A DNA stretch of 64,000 nt, from assembly GCF_009914755.1 (NCBI RefSeq), contig NC_060940.1; one strand, given 5' to 3'. The notes beneath the pieces were generated by a model. It was given only the letters and a program-made list of their open reading frames with translations, did no database searches and was not told where the DNA came from. The position numbers and the translations under genes were made by a program. Positions 54,362-64,000 of the stretch are shown piece after piece. The number at the start of each line of letters is the position of its first letter. Position 1 is the stretch's first letter. The DNA is from the human T2T-CHM13v2.0 reference genome, Homo sapiens.

Positions 54362-55960
54362 TGAGGAAAATGAAGTCCAGAGCAGGCCAGTGACTCCCCT
54401 GGGGTGACCAGAAGGGGTGGCTACACACAGGTGTCTACATCCCAGGCTACCCAATTTCCCTTCTGTCTATCCTTATCCCTCACTACCTTCCTTCCATTTC
54501 CTGCTGGCACTAACCCAGGCCTCAGCCCATCAGCCAAAACCCACCTGGCTTGTGGAACCTGTATTCTAATGAATGGAGACAGACAAAAAAGTAAATGGGG
54601 CCAGGCGTGTTGGCTGACGCCTTGAATCCCAGCACTTTGGGAAGCCCAAGACATGAGGATTGCTTGAGGCCAGGAGTTCGAGACCACCCTGGGCAACATA
54701 GGAAGCCCCTATCTCTACAAAAAATTAAAAAAATAGCCAGGTGTGATGGCGCGCACCTATATCCCAGCTACTCAGGAGGCTGAGGTGGGAGGATTGCTTG
54801 AGCCCTCAGTGAGTCGTGATTGCACCACTGCCTCCAGCCTGGGCAACAGAGCAAGACTCAATCTCTACAAAAATAAGTAAATGATTTTTTAAATTAATAA
54901 AATGTAAAAGTGAAAAAAAGTTTAAAAATGTAAAAAAAATGTAAAAGTGAAATGTTCATTTGAGACAAGAATTATGGCAGGAAAGGATAGCCATTCAGTG
55001 GGGCAGCCAGAGACGAAGAGTATGGTACAGGGATTGGGGAGAGGGAACTCCAGGCAGACAGAAGAGCTTGCACAAGGACCAGGAAGTACCAGATGGCTCA
55101 TCACCTCCACACAAGCAGCAAGTTGCTAGAGCTGGCATAGGTTGAGAATGAGGCATGAGGCTGTAGGCACTGGCTGAAGCCAGGTTAAGAAGAGAAGAGG
55201 AAGCCAGGCGTGGTGGCTCACGCCTGTAATCCCAGCACTTTGGGAGGCCAAGGTGGGCGGATTGCTTGAGGTTAGGAGTTCGAGACCAGCCTTACCAACA
55301 TGGTGAAACCCCGTCTCTACTAAAAATACAGACCAAGCTCGGTGGCTCATACCTGTAATCCCAGCACTTTGGAAGTTTGAGTCTGGCGGATCACTTGAAG
55401 CCAGGAGTTCGAGACCAGCCTGGCCAACGTGGTAAAATCCTGTCTCTACTAAAAATACAAAAATCAGCCAGGCGTGGTGTTGCATGCCTGTAGTCCCAGC
55501 TACTCGGGAGGTTGAGGCACAAGAATCACTTGAACCCAGGAGGCGGAGGTTGCATTGAGCCAACATCATGCCACTGAACTCCAGTCTGGGTGAGAGAGCA
55601 AAATTCTGTCTCAAAAAATAATAATAATAAAATAAAAATAAAAATAAGGCCGGGTGCAGTGGCTCACGCCTGTAATCCCAGCACTTTGGGAGGCCAAGGT
55701 GGGTGGATCATGAGGTCAGGAGATCAAGAACATCCTGGCTAACACAGTGAAACCCTGTCTCTACTAAAAATGCAAAAAATTGGCGTGGCGTAGTGGCGGG
55801 CGCCTGTTGTCCCAGCTACTCGGGAGGCTGAGGCAGGAGAATGGCGTGAACCCGGGAGGTGGAGCTTGCGGTCCAGCCTTGGTGACAGAGCCAGACTCCG
55901 TCTCAACAAAATAAAAATTAAAAAAAATAATTAGCCAGGCACTGTGGCACACATCTATAA

Positions 55961-56422
<462 letters not shown>

Positions 56423-56424
56423 TA

Positions 56425-56827
<403 letters not shown>

Positions 56828-57064
56828 TTAATTGATCCTCCTGCCTCAGCTTCCCATAGTGGTAGGATTACCAGCATGAGCCACGGCACCCAGCCAACCG
56901 CCCCCTACCCTTTCTTTTTCTTTTCTTTTCTTCTTTTTTTTTTTTTTTTTTTTTTGAGACAGTGTCTTGCTCTGTTGCCCAGGATGGAGGGCAGTGGTGC
57001 AATCTTGGCTCGCTGCAACCTCCGTCTCCCAGGTTCAAGCGATTCTCCTGCCTCAGCCTCCTAA

Positions 57065-57388
<324 letters not shown>

Positions 57389-58886
57389 TGAGAGGTAAGG
57401 CAGTTCTGGGTGACAGTAGAGGTTGGGAGGGGCCATGGAGAGAGCCGAAGCGAGGCCCCATGTGGTCAAGGGGGTGAGCAGGTGGCATGCCTCCAGGACC
57501 CGCTGTGGGGAGCCCCAGCTGCATAGGCTGCCGGGGAGTGAGCTGCCACCACTGGGGGGTGCTGCAGAGGAAACAGGGGCTGGACTCCAGCCCCAGTTCC
57601 CTGTCCGTCTCCAGTGGCCTGTGGGGCTGCTCCCTCGGCAGATGTTGGTATTTCCCTGGTGCGCTCGTTCCCAAGTGGCCTGGTGGGCAGTGCCCAGGCA
57701 GGCCGAGGAGGCAGAGAGCAGGAAGGGGAAGCCCCGCCTGGTTTCTATCTCACACCAGGGACCCGGCAGGGAAACCCCACAGGTCCTAAAAAGAAAGTGG
57801 CAGCAGTTGTTCTTGGGGAAGACCAAGAAACCCCATCCTCTCCCTGAAGATGGGAAATCCAGGGCGGGGCTGAGGGTGGGGCTGTGCTGGAAGGGAGACC
57901 TGTGGTCCATGTGGCCCAGCCCTGACCATGGCCTCTACAGAGCAGAAACACCAAGATTATTCTTGGACCTGGTTGAGCCCTGATCCTGACCTCACTCAAC
58001 TCGAGCCTGGCCACAGGCTGAGCCCCGATCCTGGTCACTGACTGAGCTCTCATCCCAGCCCAAGCCTGGACCCCCTGCTGAGTCCCAGTCCCAGTCAGCA
58101 CCTTGGCCAAAGACCAAGCTCTAGACCCAACCCTATAGGCCACAAGCAAAGCCCCAGGTCACTGATAGCTCTGACCCTAAACACAGACACAGCCGGGACA
58201 TTGGCCCGGGACTAGGCTGTGAGTTCAGCTGTACACTGATTCCTGATCCTGATTATAGACTGAAATCAAATCCTATATCTGACTCAGGTTAAAGATGGAG
58301 ACAGAGCCCTTGGCCCTGGAAAAAACCCTAACCCTGGTCCCAGATATGGCCTCGGACCTGGTTTTATCCAGCCCTGACCCTAGTTACAAACTGAGCTCCA
58401 ATCCCACCCTCACGCTGAGCCTCTGCCTGGCCCCATGCAAAGGTGCATCCCAGCCACCCACTGAGCACTGACTCTCTCTGCGCCACCTCCCTCAGCCATC
58501 TGGTAAACCATAAGGGAGTCAGATGACTCAAAACCCCGAATCCCCTCGGGTGGGCAATCCCCTTACCTGGCTATCCATCTTTGGAAGGACAGTAGACCCT
58601 AGGATGATGGTGGCAGAGCCGAGAATCAGGAGGGGGTTTGGGACTCTGGGATCAACCAGTGAATAGGGCTGGATGGCTCACCCAAGCATGGGACATTGAG
58701 GACAGGGCTGGACGTGGGAGCTTAGCAGTGAGTCTGGAGCTTGGATGTCCCGAAACCCCAGCTTCCCGTCACCCCCCATCATACCTCCCACCCCCTCCGG
58801 GAAGGGAAATTACATTTCCCCATTTTAGCAAGGGGTGGCGAGAGGGAAGAATGAGTGAACACAAAGCTGAAAGTACAAGCAGGACG

Positions 58887-58897
58887 GAAAGTGAAAC
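58887..58897 (+). promoter_or_regulatory. IL27: ISRE/IRF-binding element of IL27 promoter
   Basis: GAAAGTGAAAC matches GAAANNGAAA, ~17 bp upstream of TATAAG (58914-58919). IL27 is established as IRF-inducible. Confidence 0.85.
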
Positions 58898-58913
58898 CGG
58901 GCACAGCCCCCAG

Positions 58914-58919
58914 TATAAG
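58914..58919 (+). promoter_or_regulatory. IL27: IL27 TATA box
   Basis: TATAAG 53 bp upstream of the ATG. Confidence 0.75.
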
Positions 58920-58966
58920 ACCCCCCCTACCCAGGAGATGGCTGACCAAAGAGGCTGGGCCCCGCC

Positions 58967-58997
58967 ATGGGCCAGACGGCAGGCGACCTTGGCTGGC
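58967..58997 (+). CDS. IL27: IL27 (p28/IL-30) coding exon 1, MGQTAGDLGW-R
   Basis: Strong Kozak GCCATGG, recognised N-terminus, donor GGC|GTGAGT. Too short for the ORF track. Confidence 0.96.
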
Positions 58998-60881
58998 GTG
59001 AGTTTGAAGCCAGGGGTGGGGGGCTTGGTTGAGTTTGGGCAGAGAATGGACGAGCTTGGCTGGTGCAGATGGGGGGTCGAGAGCTGAGAGCAGCAACTTG
59101 GCCAAGACTGAGGATTCGGCTGGCTGCTGCATGGGAAGGGAGGCTGGCATGACTGGGTGGGGGCCTGGGGCAGTGGGGTGGTGGTCTGACCCAAGGCTGG
59201 GCAGAGGATGAGAAGGAGGCCTTGGCTAGTGGGAATGGGGAGGGTTGGACCAGCAATTTGACAAGGACCAGGTCTAGGCAGATAAATGAAGAGTTTGGAG
59301 TGAATAAGCAGAAGCCAAACAGCTTGGCTAAGACTGAGAATGGGGCCGGCTGGAGGAAGAGCAGAACGAGGTGCTGGCACAAGTGGAGCGCTGGGACCAA
59401 GATGTCAGCAGCCTCACTGGGTCAAAGGTCTTTAGTTTGATGTTGGAAAGAGGTCCAATCTGCGGCTGGTGGCTGCAGAACTCAGGGGCTAGAACCAGAG
59501 CAGTAGGCAGTGGAGAAGGTAACATGCCACGTAGGGCAGGTAGGGACCAAAGGCTGGAGGATGGAGACAGAGCCTTCAAAGGCCAGAGCCAATGACCCAG
59601 GATCAGCTGCAGAGGGTAAGGAGGGGGTCTGGGGTCTCCAGAGGTCAGGTTGGAGATGGCACAGCTCACTTACGGTTGGGCTTGATCCACCAGGGCCTGG
59701 GGGCACCCACCCTGTCCCCAACATTGAGCTAGGAAGAACCCCACTCTGCCTTAAGTCTCCAGGATGTCAGAGGGTCCGAGTGGCCCCAAAACCAGGGAGT
59801 CTGAATGCCAGAGATCTTACGTTAGGCATCGCCCACCACATCTGCAAGCCCACGAGGGAGGTAGATGTCCCTAGAAGCTCCCCTTCACCTTTATCAGGGG
59901 ACATTTCGAAGAGCAGAGCCCAGGGGTTAGAGATTGAGAGAGGACAGGGAAGAGGCAGGGAGAGAAGGGAGAGCAGGATGGACTTCGGGCCAGTTTTGGT
60001 TTGTGTTTCGAGGAGAATTGTGTAACTCTTGTGCTTGCTAGATTTCCTCTCCCTGAGGGGGAAATTGATGAATGCTGCCCTCTTCCTAGAGCGCCCATCC
60101 GCTGCCCCTCTTTCCAGGAAAACACAGGTCAGGAAGCACACTCGGAATTCAGCCATTCTGGGCTGGGCGCAGTGGCTGATGTCTGTAATCCCAGCACTTT
60201 GGGAGGCCAAGGCAGGCGGATCACCTGAGGTCAGGAGTTGGAGACCAGCCTGGCCAACACGGCAAAACCCCTCTCTACTAAATATAATAAAAATTAGCCA
60301 GGCGTGGTGGCTACTCAGGAGGCTGAGGCAGGAGAATTGCTTTAACCTGGGAGGTGAAGGTTGCAGTGAGTCGAGATCGTGCCACTGCACTGCAGCCTGG
60401 GTGACAGAGTGAGAATCTGTCTTAAAAAAAAAAAGCTCCCATACTGTGGATTCGCCCCAGGCAGGTTACCCTGCTAGGATCCACCTGCCGTGGTGGAAAC
60501 TGGACAAACCTGTCCTTTTGACTCCCTGGAATAGAGCCTCTGGCATTGCCAGCCCATCCCTGGGGACCTCATGGCCAGTTCAAGCCATCAGAGCCGCTTG
60601 GCTGAGCCCAAAGAATCCTTGCCAGAACATGGTGTGCCCACTCCTGGGGCAGATGGCTGCCTCCCTCTGCATTCTCTGGGGAAAACCCATGGGCTCTGCA
60701 TTTGGAAAAACCTGGAATCCAGTCCTGGCTTCCCACCTTCTGGCTATTTGACCTTGGGCAAGTCAACCTCACTGAGCCTCACCTGCAAATTGGGGAGAAC
60801 AATAGCACTGAGGCTGCCACACGTGGTTGTGCAGGTTGCTCACTGAAAAAGGCATTTGGCCAAGGGAGTTTATGGGGGTCA

Positions 60882-61191
<310 letters not shown>

Positions 61192-61276
61192 TCAGGCTTC
61201 TGGTCTTTTTGCAAAAGTGGGCACACCATGCGGAGATGCCATATGGGGGCCGTGCTGGCTGCATCGTGGGGTTTTG

Positions 61277-61307
<31 letters not shown>

Positions 61308-61730
61308 TGAGACAGAGTCTGGCTCTGTCGCCCAGGCTGGAGCACAGTGGTGTTAGCTCACTGCAGCCTCTGCCTCCCAGGTTCAAGCGATTCTCCTGCC
61401 TCAACCTCCTGAGTAGCTGGGATTACAGGCATGCACCACCACGCCCAACTAATTTTTGTATTTTTAGTAGAGACAGGGTTTCGCCATGTTGGCCAGGCTG
61501 GTCTTGAACTCCTGGCCTCAGGTGATCCGCCCGCCTCGGTCTCCTAAATTGTTGGGATTACAGGTGTGAGTCACCGCACCCAGCCTCCATTGTGGTTTTG
61601 AGGAGGCAGAGGAATGATGCTGGTCAAAGTGCCTGCACCGTGCTCACAGCTAGCACAGGCTCAGAAAAGGCATGTTCCCTTCCTTCTCAAGCTCTCTCCC
61701 TGTCTTGCCACCCTCTTCCCATCTCTCCAG

Positions 61731-61903
61731 GGCTCAGCCTGTTGCTGCTTCCCTTGCTCCTGGTTCAAGCTGGTGTCTGGGGATTCCCAAGGCCCCCAGG
61801 GAGGCCCCAGCTGAGCCTGCAGGAGCTGCGGAGGGAGTTCACAGTCAGCCTGCATCTCGCCAGGAAGCTGCTCTCCGAGGTTCGGGGCCAGGCCCACCGC
61901 TTT
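61731..61903 (+). CDS. IL27: IL27 exon 2 (signal peptide + helix A: LSLLLLPLLLVQAGVWGFPRPPGRPQLSLQELRREFTVSLHLARKLLSEVRGQAHRF)
   Basis: Acceptor CTCCAG|GG, donor TTT|GTAAGT. 31+173 = 204 nt keeps frame. Confidence 0.98.
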
Positions 61904-61969
61904 GTAAGTCCCCCTAATGCAGCTGGCGCTGGAGATGGGCAGACCCCCAATCCCTTCTGGCCCCCACTA

Positions 61970-62404
<435 letters not shown>

Positions 62405-62780
62405 TCAGGAGGCTGACATGGGAGGATTGCTTGAGCTCAGGAGTTGGAGGCTGCAGTGAGTTATGATCCTGGACTCCAGGATGGAGAACAGAGGGAAACC
62501 CTGTCTCAGAAAAATAAATAAACTGCCAGGCGTGGTGGCTCATGCCTGTAATCCCAGCACGTTGGGAGGCTGAGGAGCACGGATCACCTGAGGTCAAGAG
62601 TTCAAGACCAGCCTGGCCAACATGGCGAAACCCCATCTCTACTAAAAAATACAAAAATTAGCTGAGCGCAGTGGCTCACGACTGTAATCCCAGCACTGTG
62701 GGAGGCTGATGTGGGTGGATCACCTGAGGTCAGGAGTTCGAGACCAGCCTGACCAACATGAAGAAACCCCACCTCTACTA

Positions 62781-63203
<423 letters not shown>

Positions 63204-63646
63204 TTAGGAATGAGGTTGGAGATGGGATGGAAAGATGGAAAGAGTGAGACTGGGCACATGGAGGAAGGATGGAGTTGGGGTTAGGAATGGGAATGAGGCT
63301 GAAGATGGGATGGAAACACATGGGCAGGAGGTATGATGGGATGGTGGAGGAGGGAAGGGAACAGGGCTGTGGATGGAGAGTGCTTCAGGGACTGAGAGGG
63401 GGTGGGTTAGAGAAGATCATTGGCATAGGAGTGAAAGGGAGGCTGGAAAAGGAGATGGGACAAATGTCCCAGACAGTGGAGATGGAAGGAATGGGGACAC
63501 AGCTGGGCTGAGGTGGGGGAAGAGCTACAGGGATGGACTGGAGGCTGGAGCGTGGAATGGGAAGGAGACCCGGATAGGGAGGGGGTGGGTGTGATATGGC
63601 CATCCTTGGCCTGTGGACCTTTCCTGACCATCTCCCTCCCCTTCAG

Positions 63647-63805
63647 GACCCGGAGCGTCTCTGCTTCATCTCCACCACGCTTCAGCCCTTCCATGCCCTG
63701 CTGGGAGGGCTGGGGACCCAGGGCCGCTGGACCAACATGGAGAGGATGCAGCTGTGGGCCATGAGGCTGGACCTCCGCGATCTGCAGCGGCACCTCCGCT
63801 TCCAG
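63647..63805 (+). CDS. IL27: IL27 exon 4 (DPERLCFISTTLQPFHALLGGLGTQGRWTNMERMQLWAMRLDLRDLQRHLRFQ); exon 5 is outside the window
   Basis: Acceptor CTTCAG|GAC, donor CAG|GTAGAG. 159 nt. Confidence 0.98.
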
Positions 63806-63884
63806 GTAGAGCCCGGCCACCCTCCACCACCCCAGACCACGTGGGAAAGAAGACTCGCTGGCTCATTCAGTGATCCCATGCTCT

Positions 63885-64000
63885 GAGTGTGTGTGAGTGT
63901 GAGAGTGTGAGTGTGACTGAGTGTCCATGAGTGTGTGGGTTCATGAGTGTGAGAGTGACTGTGTGGGTCCGTAAGTGTGGGAGAGTGAGTGTGACTGTGT
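63885..64000. repeat. Degenerate (GT/GAGT)n simple repeat in IL27 intron 4, runs off window
   Basis: Directly visible. Confidence 0.85.

Noticed and set aside
58938-58940. Out-of-frame ATG 29 nt upstream of the IL27 start (possible uORF)
   Set aside because: Only 24 nt from the TATA start, so probably upstream of the TSS and not in the main mRNA.
58769-59400. 203-aa and 157-aa antisense ORFs over IL27 exon 1
   Set aside because: By-product of strong G-skew; no homology recognised.

Overview
Human/primate genomic DNA, extremely Alu-dense, recognisable as the 16p11.2 SGF29(CCDC101)-NUPR1-IL27 interval, shown in the orientation where NUPR1 and IL27 read on +. It contains: (i) a CpG-island promoter and probable non-coding first exon of SGF29 on the - strand (~11.7-11.9 kb; bases 1-11.6 kb would be its intron 1); (ii) the complete NUPR1/p8 gene (82-aa and 100-aa isoforms) with TATA box and C/EBP-ATF element; (iii) the promoter and coding exons 1-4 of IL27 (p28), with exon 5 beyond the window; (iv) a decayed, intronless EPDR1 retrocopy at ~17.1-17.7 kb; (v) many LTR/ERV, DNA-transposon and microsatellite repeats. 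Almost all ORFs in the supplied track are Alu or microsatellite artefacts. I find no evidence for a new multi-gene system. The most unusual structure is an 822-bp LTR2B (HERV-E-type) palindrome at 39.7-40.5 kb: it has U5 ends on both sides, one 4-bp target-site duplication, a retained polypurine tract, and apparent arm-to-arm homogenisation. Gene, repeat-family and SNP identifications come from my recall of known sequences, not from a database search.
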